Of a stretch of 64,000 nt of DNA, positions 11,414-20,998 are shown in pieces (the stretch's first letter is position 1; every line of letters starts with the position of its first letter). The stretch is from the NCBI GenBank assembly GCA_024276825.1, contig JAJRWI010000033.1, positions 1-64,000 of the forward strand, written 5' to 3'. This DNA comes from an archaeon. Its GTDB lineage: Archaea > Asgardarchaeota > Thorarchaeia > Thorarchaeales > Thorarchaeaceae. The notes under the pieces are model-generated. The model saw only the letters and a list, made by a program, of their open reading frames with translations, was not told the origin of the DNA and made no database searches. Position numbers and translations under genes: made by a program.

Positions 11414-11647
11414 TTAGAGTGCGGTCTCGGAGATGACTGGATATCCCATAGTTTCAAGAGTTTCACGAATGACTGAGGAGCTGGTCTTATTATCATTGAA
11501 GCTTATCTGGACCTTGTGCTGCTCACGACTCACATCAACTTTAAGAACACCATGAATGGATGATAAGGTCCGTCGTATCCGATCTTCACAACCTTGACAA
11601 TGAATTGTCCCATCTTTAATGGAGAATTCTATTCGATTCAATCCCAC
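11414..11647 (-). CDS. HMA metallochaperone (CopZ-like)
   Basis: IHCQGC motif, 77 aa, directly upstream of the ATPase. Confidence 0.85.
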   Translation of the reverse strand: MGLNRIEFSIKDGTIHCQGCEDRIRRTLSSIHGVLKVDVSREQHKVQISFNDNKTSSSVIRETLETMGYPVISETAL

Positions 11648-11825
11648 CTTGGTTCACCATATCAAGTTTAGGATGAAATGCCATCATATCTATTTCATTG
11701 CTTTTAAGAGCGGTCATGTGGTAATATTATGGCGAGTCAGAAAGTGTATATGTTAGGTATGCACTACTAAATTTCGATACACGAATATCAAAGTCTTGGG
11801 ACAACCAAAAAGGAATGAGAGGATC

Positions 11826-13013
11826 ATGCATTTTGAGATAAAGAACAATATATTCTGGGTTGGAAAGATCGACTGGGAACTGCGTAAGTTTCATGGAGAA
11901 GAATACTCAACACATAAAGGGACCACCTATAACTCCTACTTGATTAAGGATGAACACACTGTCCTGATTGACACTGTGTGGACGCCGTTTGCTGAGGAAT
12001 TTGTTGACAACCTCTCTCAGGTGGTTTCACTTGATAAGATTGATTTCATAATTGCCAATCACGCAGAGCCCGATCACAGTGGCGCACTACCTGCACTGAT
12101 GAAGGAGATTCCCGACACACCGATATATTGTACAGCAAATGGTGTCAAGTCACTGAAGGGATATTATCACAAGGACTGGGACTTTCATGTTGTGAAGACT
12201 GGAGATAAATTATCTCTTGGTTCTAGAGACTTGGTCTTTGTCAGTGCTCCGATGCTTCACTGGCCAGACAGCATGTTCTGCTATCTGACAGACGACAACA
12301 TTCTCTTCTCCAATGATGCATTCGGCCAGCATTATGCCTCCGAGCTGATGTACAACGACCTTGTGGATCAATGCGAGCTGTTTGATGAATGTATCAAATA
12401 CTACGCCAATATTCTAACTCCCTTCAGTCATTTGGTCAGGAAGAAGATTGAGGAGGTTCTAGAACTCAAGCTTCCTGTTGATATGATATGCACGAGTCAT
12501 GGAGTCATCTGGCGTGACGATCCACTTCAGATTGTGAACAAGTACATGGAATGGGCGGACAACTATAAGGAGAATCAGATCACTATCATCTATGATACCA
12601 TGTGGAACAGCACTAGGAGGATGGCTGAGGCAATCGCAGAGGGCATTCGAAAGGTTGATGGCATGGTAGTGGTCAAACTCTTCAACTCCGCAAGAGCGGA
12701 CAAGAACGACATCATCAAAGAGGTGTTCAAGTCAAAGGCCATCATTGTGGGCTCTCCTACTATCAACAATGGAATCCTGTCATCTGTTTCTGGCATCCTT
12801 GAAGAGATACGAGGTCTTCGTTTCAGGGAGAAAAAGGCAGCAGCATTCGGCTCCTATGGGTGGTCTGGCGAGGGAGTAAAGATGATTACGGAGCTGTTGA
12901 AAGAGGCAGGTTTTGAGATTGTGAATGAGGGAATCCGTGAACTCTGGAAGCCTGACAGAGAGGCAATCAAGAGGTGTGCCGATTTCGGAGAGAACTTCGT
13001 GAAAAGTCTATAG
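11826..13013 (+). CDS. fprA: Flavodiiron protein (FprA/NorV-type NO/O2 reductase)
   Basis: NHAEPDHSG, LHWPDSM, SNDAFGQH; C-terminal flavodoxin with FGSYGWSGE. Confidence 0.92.
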   Translation: MHFEIKNNIFWVGKIDWELRKFHGEEYSTHKGTTYNSYLIKDEHTVLIDTVWTPFAEEFVDNLSQVVSLDKIDFIIANHAEPDHSGALPALMKEIPDTPIYCTANGVKSLKGYYHKDWDFHVVKTGDKLSLGSRDLVFVSAPMLHWPDSMFCYLTDDNILFSNDAFGQHYASELMYNDLVDQCELFDECIKYYANILTPFSHLVRKKIEEVLELKLPVDMICTSHGVIWRDDPLQIVNKYMEWADNYKENQITIIYDTMWNSTRRMAEAIAEGIRKVDGMVVVKLFNSARADKNDIIKEVFKSKAIIVGSPTINNGILSSVSGILEEIRGLRFREKKAAAFGSYGWSGEGVKMITELLKEAGFEIVNEGIRELWKPDREAIKRCADFGENFVKSL

Positions 13014-13079
13014 AAACCATTGATCATTTCTAGCAATAGACTCATTACATGGATTCATGCTAGGCAAACAAGGATGCCT

Positions 13080-15908
13080 ATGAGTGATAAGAGAGTCATA
13101 ATCGTCCCTCACACCCATTGGGACAGAGAGTGGTACTTGCCCTTCCAGCGGTTCAGGTTCATGCTGGTAGAACTTGTGGACCAGTTGCTTGATATTCTCA
13201 AGCAGCAAGACTACTGCTTCATGCTTGATGGCCAGACGGTCATTCTGGAGGACTACTTTGAGATAAGACCCGAGAGAAAGGAGGAACTGCTGCGTGAGAT
13301 TCGCGCAGGCAGGGTGGCAGTGGGACCCTGGTATATTCTCCCTGATGAGTGGCTGGTTGGTGGGGAGAGCCTGATTCGCAGTCTTGAATACAGTCACACC
13401 CTTGCAAGCAGGTTTAATGTCCCTCTCATGGATGTAGCATACTTGCCCGACCAGTTCGGCCACACAAGCACGATGCCTCAGTTGCTTGGTGACCTCACAT
13501 CACTCAGGGCAGCAGTTTTGTGGCGTGGTGTGCCCCCAGAGATAATGACAGTGCCCTTCACTTGGAAGTCGCATCCCGATGCCACGGTTTCAGTCCTTGG
13601 GATATACATGCCAGGAGGATATGGCAACGCATCAAGATTTCCGGAAAAATATGATGAATTTGTGGAGATGGTCAATGATAGAATTGAAGACCTAGAGCAA
13701 TTCTCACCTCTGCCAGTGTATTTGCTGATGAATGGGTCTGATCACCTGTTCCCCCAACCCTTTGTTCAGGGCTTTGCAGAACGCCTGTGTCAAGGAGGGC
13801 TAAATGTTTCATTAGGTATTGTAAATGATTATGTGAGCGCCCTTGAGAGTGAGATCAAGAAAGCCGGATACAGGCCACCTGTATATGCGGGAGAGTTCAG
13901 GTCTCCTGCCCGCGCACCTCTGCTTCAGGACACTTACTCTGCCAGAATCTGGATTAAGCTGTGGAATCAGAAGGTGGAGGACATCCTCTGTCTGAAGGCA
14001 GAACCGATCAGTACCTATCTCTGGTTGTACATGGATGAGCAATACCCAAGTGTGTTTCTCGAAACCGCATGGAAGTGGATGCTCAGAAATCACCCTCATG
14101 ACTCCATCTGTGGATGCTCAGTGGACACAACTCACGAGGAGATGAAGGCCAGGTTCTCATGGGCCGAGTCGATTGCTGAGGGTCTGATTGATGCAGCAGT
14201 CAAGAAGATGAGGTCCTCAATGGAGCCCTCTGAAGAAACTTCGATTCTTGTCTTCAATCCCTCCTGTGTTTCCGCAGTTCCTCTGTATATTAAGTTCATG
14301 CTACCAAGAGAGATGATTGTCAAGGGTGTTCAGGACACAGAAGGAAATCTGTACGAAGTGCAACGTCTGGAGTCCAGGGATGATGTATACCTTGACATGA
14401 CAGTAGGCATGAGAATTGCAAAGATGGGGATGAAGCTGATAACTGGCAGGAAGCTGATGAGCTTCTACATCAATGATGTCGCGTTCTTTGATGGTGAAGA
14501 GAAGGGGCTCTTGGAACTTAGAATGATGGCGGATGACCATCCCATTGGTGAGTTTGATATAGAGGATTTCAAACGAAGAGCCCAAGAGATCTTTGAAAGC
14601 AAGAAGTACAAGAGAATACACATTGTTGCTTCCAAACCCACTCAGGTACAGTACGCAGCATGCATCCCGCTTCCAGCATTGGCATTCTCAAGAATCACAC
14701 CAGTTTCCGACGTGATTCCTAGTTCAATCGATGACGAGTTCTTAGCCGATGGGAACCGCGTCATCAACAGGTTCTATGAGGTCAGGTTTAACAAGGACGG
14801 CACACTGGATGTTCTGAATAGGGAGAGCGGTCACCTATACAGCCGTCTACATGTCTTTGAAGACTATGGGGATTGCGGCGATGAGTACACATTCAGTCGT
14901 GTTGGACCTGAGAAGGTCCGTGTTAAGAGGGTGAAGAGATCCTTGATAAATCAGGGGCCAGTCATGGTTGAGATTAAACAGGAAACCATGCTCGAAGTCT
15001 TCAAGGAACTGGACGAGTCTAGAAGCAAGAGGGCTGGAAAGGCAGAGATCGAGGTCACTTCAGTCTTCAGGTTCTATCGCGACCTTCCCAAGATCGACAT
15101 CACCACACGGTTGACGAATACTGCCAAGGACCACCGTCTGAGAGTTTGCTTTGACCTCCCGTTCAAATCTGAAATCACAAAGACGGCGACTCATTTTGGA
15201 TATATTGAGCGGCAGGGCGATCCCGAGAGGATTCCCGAAACGGCAGAGCTCGAGAGGACAAGGTCCTCCTATCCCGAGAAGCCTTCAGGGATTCAACCCC
15301 AGAAACGCTTCATCAGGGTGGATGACGCCAACGGCAAGGATGGAGTCACTATATACAACAAGGGCATGCCCGAGGTCGAGCTGGTTGCTGGGCAGCGGAT
15401 TGCTATCACACTGGTGCGATCAATAGGTTGGCTGTCCCGTTCAGACTTTCCAGAGCGTCCTATTCATGCAGGGCCTGATTTTGAAACACCGGGGGCACAG
15501 GAGCTGGGAGTCGAGTTTGAGTATCATTATGGGTTTGTGATACATTCCAAAAACACTCCTATCTGCACTAGTGCAGACTATGCGGACACAATAGCTGAGA
15601 GCGTGCTCTCGGTATCATTCCATAACGCAGAGTTTCCCGTTCATCTCACCCGGCCCATAATCCGAATCGACAACAGGGCAGTGAGGGTTTCTTCATTGAG
15701 AGTGCGAGATGACTCAATATTGGTGACAATGTACAATCTGTCCACTCAAGACCAGTTCACCACAATCAAGTTGGCTCCCAAAATCACTAATGTGGAGCGA
15801 GTCAGAATCGATGGGTCCATACTCTCAAAACACGAGATATCCGATAACTCCATACAAGTGGACTTTGCTCCCCGTCAGATCATCATGATGCGATTGAAGA
15901 TGAAATAA
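13080..15908 (+). CDS. GH38 alpha-mannosidase
   Basis: HTHWDREWY, LDGQT, PDQFGH and HPHDSICGCS motifs. Confidence 0.92.
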   Translation: MSDKRVIIVPHTHWDREWYLPFQRFRFMLVELVDQLLDILKQQDYCFMLDGQTVILEDYFEIRPERKEELLREIRAGRVAVGPWYILPDEWLVGGESLIRSLEYSHTLASRFNVPLMDVAYLPDQFGHTSTMPQLLGDLTSLRAAVLWRGVPPEIMTVPFTWKSHPDATVSVLGIYMPGGYGNASRFPEKYDEFVEMVNDRIEDLEQFSPLPVYLLMNGSDHLFPQPFVQGFAERLCQGGLNVSLGIVNDYVSALESEIKKAGYRPPVYAGEFRSPARAPLLQDTYSARIWIKLWNQKVEDILCLKAEPISTYLWLYMDEQYPSVFLETAWKWMLRNHPHDSICGCSVDTTHEEMKARFSWAESIAEGLIDAAVKKMRSSMEPSEETSILVFNPSCVSAVPLYIKFMLPREMIVKGVQDTEGNLYEVQRLESRDDVYLDMTVGMRIAKMGMKLITGRKLMSFYINDVAFFDGEEKGLLELRMMADDHPIGEFDIEDFKRRAQEIFESKKYKRIHIVASKPTQVQYAACIPLPALAFSRITPVSDVIPSSIDDEFLADGNRVINRFYEVRFNKDGTLDVLNRESGHLYSRLHVFEDYGDCGDEYTFSRVGPEKVRVKRVKRSLINQGPVMVEIKQETMLEVFKELDESRSKRAGKAEIEVTSVFRFYRDLPKIDITTRLTNTAKDHRLRVCFDLPFKSEITKTATHFGYIERQGDPERIPETAELERTRSSYPEKPSGIQPQKRFIRVDDANGKDGVTIYNKGMPEVELVAGQRIAITLVRSIGWLSRSDFPERPIHAGPDFETPGAQELGVEFEYHYGFVIHSKNTPICTSADYADTIAESVLSVSFHNAEFPVHLTRPIIRIDNRAVRVSSLRVRDDSILVTMYNLSTQDQFTTIKLAPKITNVERVRIDGSILSKHEISDNSIQVDFAPRQIIMMRLKMK

Positions 15909-16073
15909 CATCTTTAGAAGTGGCAAAACGACGACACAACTCCAGTGTCCTGATTGTTTCAAGTCAGTACAGAGAAGATAAAAAGCACCGAAAAATAACC
16001 CTCGATGCCTAATAGAGTGAATGAGATGGAGAAGAGCAGAGTGGGGACTTTTTTTGTCCTCTAGCCATCTGCT

Positions 16074-18032
16074 TTATCGGTAAGCCAAAGTTCCGAATGG
16101 CGAGGCTGCAAAAGATGCAGTCTGGCAAACCAATCTGCTAAGAATTACTCGTTTGAGCAGGGATGTTCTGTGGCTACTTTTCAGGAATGATCCTACCTCG
16201 ATCAACAGCAATATCATGACAACGGCAGCAGACATGCCAATTATCAAGATAAAAACAAATGGCGACTGGCCATCCATACTGGGCGGAGTGGTAGCGTTCG
16301 TTGGGACTGAATGCAGTCCGCGAAAATATTGTAAATTAGGTCTCATGACCAAGAGGTTGTCTGATACGTTCGATACCACAAAAGGTCCTGAAGTCACAAA
16401 ATTGTCCGATGTTGGGTCGGGTGCCCAATCATCCCAGCCAATGCTTCTGATCTGTTCCAAAACGTCCTTTTGCATGATTGGCAGGAGGCACACCGAATAG
16501 ATGTGCCAATATGACTCGGTGTTGAACTCGAGATATACAACGTTCTCACGCGGTGCGTAGACCGAAGTCAGGTTCTGAGTGCTTCGATGAAACGGGTGGT
16601 CTTTCGTTTCATAATAGAATAGTAATGTATATACTACATCAGATGCTGTGATTACACTTCCGTCACTCCATGTCGCATTATCCAGAATCTTGAAGATGAA
16701 TCTTGTATTGCCCTCAGGAACCCGTGCGTCGTCTTGATGTGTCAATATAGTGAATGACTCTGCAAGCCACGGCATAATTCTGCCATCCCAAGCAATCTTG
16801 AGAAGACTGTCATAGAACTCCGTCGCAAGACCAAAGGATGCACATGCAGTCCATGTTTCAATTGTGGTTGTGTGAAACATATTGAAATCGTCAATCTGTT
16901 CCTGAAGGCCCCACCTGAGAGTACCTCCCACAAGCCTCATCTGTTCACTTCTCTGTCTGACCAGATAGTTTGTCCACCAGTTTGCAACACCTCCTCTTGG
17001 TGAACATACAAAGCCTTCAAACTTGTCCTTTCGATAGGCGGTGCTCTGCAAATACTCCACAATTGGAATTATTGGACACTCATAGATCAGTATCTTTTGC
17101 ATCTCAGTGGCAGCTTCATAGACACTCTCATAGTCTGTTGCATGCAGAAGCTGATGTCTCCAAGAGTCGTAAGTCAGGTTCTTGAAGTTAGGATAGTTAT
17201 AGTATGGCCAGTTGGCATATTGTGACCAGAACTCATAACCCAACCAACGGACATCGTAAATGTCTTGGAAACTGCTTGACATCAAGAGTACAATGTCATA
17301 ATCCCCATGAAAATACAGTCGCGAAAGAATATCCTCCCAGGTTTCAATGGTGCTGGCATTGACTCCCACTAATCGTAGGGAATCACGAACAGCACGCGCA
17401 ATTTGTATTGCTGCATATGAGCTTGAAGCAATCTCAATGTTCACTGTAAAATCTTGGCCGTCAGGAAGCTCTCGCCATCCATCATTATCAATGTCCTGAA
17501 TCCGAATACTATCAAGTGAGTCGTTTGCGGCTTTTATCTCACTTGTATAGTAGTCATAGTCATTCATTCCATCAATTGACCATGGACTCGTCAGAGGAAC
17601 GCATGAGTCAAGAGGAATTGCCTTCCCTTCAAGCATATCCTCAGCGATATGCTGCTTGTCTAAGGCAAAAGCGATTGCTCTTCTGAACGCAGTCATATTG
17701 AATGGAATCTTCCTGCAGTTAATGGTGAGATACCAATAATGATCGAGTGGGACATGGTGAACTACGATCTTGTCGGTATTTACAAGATCATACTCTCCGG
17801 TATCAAAGCAATTGCTTACAATATCAATCTCATCATTCTGCAGACTGGCAATCTGATCATCCAGACTCATCCCAGTATGAAACTCGAGGGACCCGATAGA
17901 TGGGCCTGCCATTAACTCTGTGCTTTGGTATCCATTTACTGTCAGAGGTGTGATTGAGAAGCAGATGATGAATAGGAACAATGCAACCACATGCATTCTC
18001 ACTCTATAATCCCCTCGAGCTATTAAGATCAT
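16074..18032 (-). CDS. ABC transporter family-5 (peptide/nickel) substrate-binding protein, membrane anchored
   Basis: FRRAIAFALDK, PWLAES, WSDGSVITASDV and SGPFVV motifs; signal peptide and C-terminal TM. Confidence 0.8.
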   Translation of the reverse strand: MILIARGDYRVRMHVVALFLFIICFSITPLTVNGYQSTELMAGPSIGSLEFHTGMSLDDQIASLQNDEIDIVSNCFDTGEYDLVNTDKIVVHHVPLDHYWYLTINCRKIPFNMTAFRRAIAFALDKQHIAEDMLEGKAIPLDSCVPLTSPWSIDGMNDYDYYTSEIKAANDSLDSIRIQDIDNDGWRELPDGQDFTVNIEIASSSYAAIQIARAVRDSLRLVGVNASTIETWEDILSRLYFHGDYDIVLLMSSSFQDIYDVRWLGYEFWSQYANWPYYNYPNFKNLTYDSWRHQLLHATDYESVYEAATEMQKILIYECPIIPIVEYLQSTAYRKDKFEGFVCSPRGGVANWWTNYLVRQRSEQMRLVGGTLRWGLQEQIDDFNMFHTTTIETWTACASFGLATEFYDSLLKIAWDGRIMPWLAESFTILTHQDDARVPEGNTRFIFKILDNATWSDGSVITASDVVYTLLFYYETKDHPFHRSTQNLTSVYAPRENVVYLEFNTESYWHIYSVCLLPIMQKDVLEQIRSIGWDDWAPDPTSDNFVTSGPFVVSNVSDNLLVMRPNLQYFRGLHSVPTNATTPPSMDGQSPFVFILIIGMSAAVVMILLLIEVGSFLKSSHRTSLLKRVILSRLVCQTASFAASPFGTLAYR

Positions 18033-18211
18033 GTTGAGTAATTGTGCGTTGTTATGTGATTCTCAACACAAGAAACTTACTACTTATAGAATAAATGACC
18101 ATGCTTGCCATGTGTATAGAATAACATTTAATACTTGATAATTTACTTGAATATGATTGTGTCCTATTGACACTTGGGGACTCGCTCATAGGCGCAAGGG
18201 GCTTTTGACCA

Positions 18212-19891
18212 ATGCATGAGATATCGCTATTAACATCCATAGTAGCATTAATCATCACAGCCTTTTTTACAAAACAGTATTACAAGAATAGAGTTCGCAT
18301 TGATCTTATTCTATCATTATATGGAATGATATTCACAACTCGTCAAATTGTACTTTACATATGGCTTAACCTTGAACCATTAACAACTGCTCGAATAATA
18401 CTCAGAGCCACCGATTACTTGATTGGTATTCCCCTCATGCTATTAGGATTTGAACTGTTCTATTCAAGTGCTGCCTCACGTGTTCGCGGAATTGATCGAA
18501 GAGTCAAACCCATTACCAACCTCGGTGCAGTCATTATCCTATCAATCATAGCCATGCTATATCTTCTCATTGATGTGGAATCTGCAAGAAGACTGGCTGT
18601 ACTCGTGGTTTTCCCATTCCTCTTTGGAGTTCTGATCTATTATCTAATAATCTTCATAAACAACCCCTATAAAATACCTAAGCCTGAGTATGAACGCGGA
18701 ATCAACCTGATTCTATTGGGCTACTTAACACAGATTTTTGGCACCGCATTCTTTGCAGGTATTCTTCGACAGGTTGATTTAGGAATAGCCACTGAACTCG
18801 TGTCAGTCTTAATCGTTGGCGCAGGGGGGATTGTATCAGAAACGGTCACATTTGCTGGTCTGTATGAGAAACTGGATGCTGGTCTGATCGTTATAGATAA
18901 CAACGGTCATATAGAGATGGTCAAACTCTACGACAAAGTCGAGCAGTATAATCGGTCATCTCATGCATCCTTAACAGCTGAAGCAATTATTCTATATATC
19001 AATGACTATCTTGAGCAAGTGTTCGAGTCTGGCAGGGAAGTGACAATTCCCCATCTAACCCTTGACCCCTTGGAACATGACAAGATATATCGCATTGACA
19101 TAATCCCTCATCGCCTTGATCGTGAGAGCAAGCCACTCTCAATACTGATTATAATCACTGATGTGACAAGTTCCATTAGGGAGATGGAGTCCGAAAAACT
19201 TGCAGACTTGTTCAAGAAGTATTTGGAGGAAAGGGACACTGCACGATTGTACTTTGATCTATTAAGCCATGACATTGGCAACTTACTACAAGTCATCCTC
19301 TTTGCTGCCGATTCGGGTGAGTTTGACAATGATCCCCAATTCCGATCTGACATCATGCATGAACTTCTTGCAAAGGTTAATCGATCAAGGTATCTGTTGA
19401 AAGAAGTTCGAATTATGGCCCGTGCAAAGGAATATGCAAAAACGATCAAGCCAATTGATGTGGGGGATGCAATCAGAGAGGCGATCATCTCAGTTCAAGA
19501 ATTCCTGTCTGAAGGTGCTTCAAACATCGACATTGATGTGACACTGAATGAAGGCACTAGAATGGCCCTTGCAGATGACCTGATCACTCATGGCCTTATG
19601 GGCGTGCTCCGATTTTTCATAACCAACCATTCAGGCTCAAACGGGTTAAGGATTGACATATCCTCCCCTGATGAGGGGCATGTTGTGCTGATCACTTTCA
19701 CCGACCCGACTATAGAGATATCTGAGTCACTAAGGCCACATATTTTCAGCCAAGAGGCTAGGGTCATTCTACCAATAGACAGCATTGGTCTCATTCTAGC
19801 AAAAAAGGTCTTCAATAGATATGGAGGAACTATCAAACTCAAAGGCTCAGAGCAAGGGACAACGATTGTGGTACAACTTCCTGCGGCATGA
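18212..19891 (+). CDS. Membrane sensor histidine kinase-like protein (7TM-PAS-HisKA-degenerate HATPase)
   Basis: H-box DLLSHDIGNLLQ; IGLILAKKVFNRYGGTI and GTTIVVQLP in the HATPase fold. Confidence 0.75.
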   Translation: MHEISLLTSIVALIITAFFTKQYYKNRVRIDLILSLYGMIFTTRQIVLYIWLNLEPLTTARIILRATDYLIGIPLMLLGFELFYSSAASRVRGIDRRVKPITNLGAVIILSIIAMLYLLIDVESARRLAVLVVFPFLFGVLIYYLIIFINNPYKIPKPEYERGINLILLGYLTQIFGTAFFAGILRQVDLGIATELVSVLIVGAGGIVSETVTFAGLYEKLDAGLIVIDNNGHIEMVKLYDKVEQYNRSSHASLTAEAIILYINDYLEQVFESGREVTIPHLTLDPLEHDKIYRIDIIPHRLDRESKPLSILIIITDVTSSIREMESEKLADLFKKYLEERDTARLYFDLLSHDIGNLLQVILFAADSGEFDNDPQFRSDIMHELLAKVNRSRYLLKEVRIMARAKEYAKTIKPIDVGDAIREAIISVQEFLSEGASNIDIDVTLNEGTRMALADDLITHGLMGVLRFFITNHSGSNGLRIDISSPDEGHVVLITFTDPTIEISESLRPHIFSQEARVILPIDSIGLILAKKVFNRYGGTIKLKGSEQGTTIVVQLPAA

Positions 19892-20039
19892 CTCTTACCT
19901 GTAATCAGCTCAAAAACATCTTTCATCCCTCAATCTTGACCATCATGCTATGAAATGACCTCGCCCCATTGTGGTCCAGTAAGTCATCTCATAAGTGTCA
20001 TTTATCAACTCACATCTGAAATATACCTATTGAATCCTA

Positions 20040-20750
20040 CTATGTCTTTACTCCGACAAACAGATTCTCCCTTCCAAGACCACCCTTGATGATCTCTGGC
20101 GTGAGACCATACCTGCTTAAGGTATCAACTATACTCCTTCGAGTAAACAGCCCCATTTCATGAATCTCTTTAATATGTCTTATCTCGCCTTGCACCGCAA
20201 TAAGATAATGCATCTCCAACAATGCGATATTTCCTTTCCTCCTACTCACTCCAACTCGTGCAATCTTGCAGTTCGTGTTGTCCACACATGTTATTGATAA
20301 GTGCTCGTCCCTGAAGCTCTCTGCTGTGAATATGGGCTCAATGATCAATGCTCCGCCATTTTTCAAGTGCTCAGTGAATTTGGCAATGGCAGCATCTAGC
20401 CTCTTCATGGTCCTTACATAGTTGATGGATCCAAAGAGACATATGATGGCATCAAACTGCCTATCAATCTTAAAGCTGGTCATGTCCCCCTGAACAAACT
20501 CCACATCCCTATTTCTCTCCCATGCGATTCTGAGCATGTCCTCATTCAGGTCGAGCCCAACAATATCATAATGCACTTTCAGGAATTCGATGTGTCTTCC
20601 AGTCCCACAGGCAACATCCAACAGCATATTCCCATCAGACCTCTTTCTCTTCTGAATGATTGAATGAAGGATTTCTGCTTCCTCTTTGTAGTTCTTGTTT
20701 GCATACATCAAATCATAATAACGTGCTAACGTTGAGTACAGTTCTTCCAT
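20040..20750 (-). CDS. Class I SAM-dependent methyltransferase
   Basis: LLDVACGTGRH, GLDLNEDML, GDMTSF motifs. Confidence 0.9.
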   Translation of the reverse strand: MEELYSTLARYYDLMYANKNYKEEAEILHSIIQKRKRSDGNMLLDVACGTGRHIEFLKVHYDIVGLDLNEDMLRIAWERNRDVEFVQGDMTSFKIDRQFDAIICLFGSINYVRTMKRLDAAIAKFTEHLKNGGALIIEPIFTAESFRDEHLSITCVDNTNCKIARVGVSRRKGNIALLEMHYLIAVQGEIRHIKEIHEMGLFTRRSIVDTLSRYGLTPEIIKGGLGRENLFVGVKT

Positions 20751-20969
20751 GACTCATCACATCAACCTGCATGCCGCTGAATGAATATAACTCCCAGTTT
20801 TGATTAAATCCATAACGCAATTATGAGTCCGTCTGAATGTGATTTATGCATTCCGCCTCTCTCTGATTACCACCAGACTCTGCCAAAATTCTCATTATGA
20901 CTAACATAACAAGTTTAGACAACTTTTCGGTTTCTGAAGACCACTGCTAATTACACACCATAAAAAGAA

Positions 20970-20998
20970 GAGATGGAGGTGCGTGCCTCCTCCATCTC
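20970..20998 (-). terminator. Hairpin plus U-tract after the GH3 gene
   Basis: GAGATGGAGG...CCTCCATCTC inverted repeat with an A-run at 20962-20966 (U-run on the minus strand). Confidence 0.55.
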
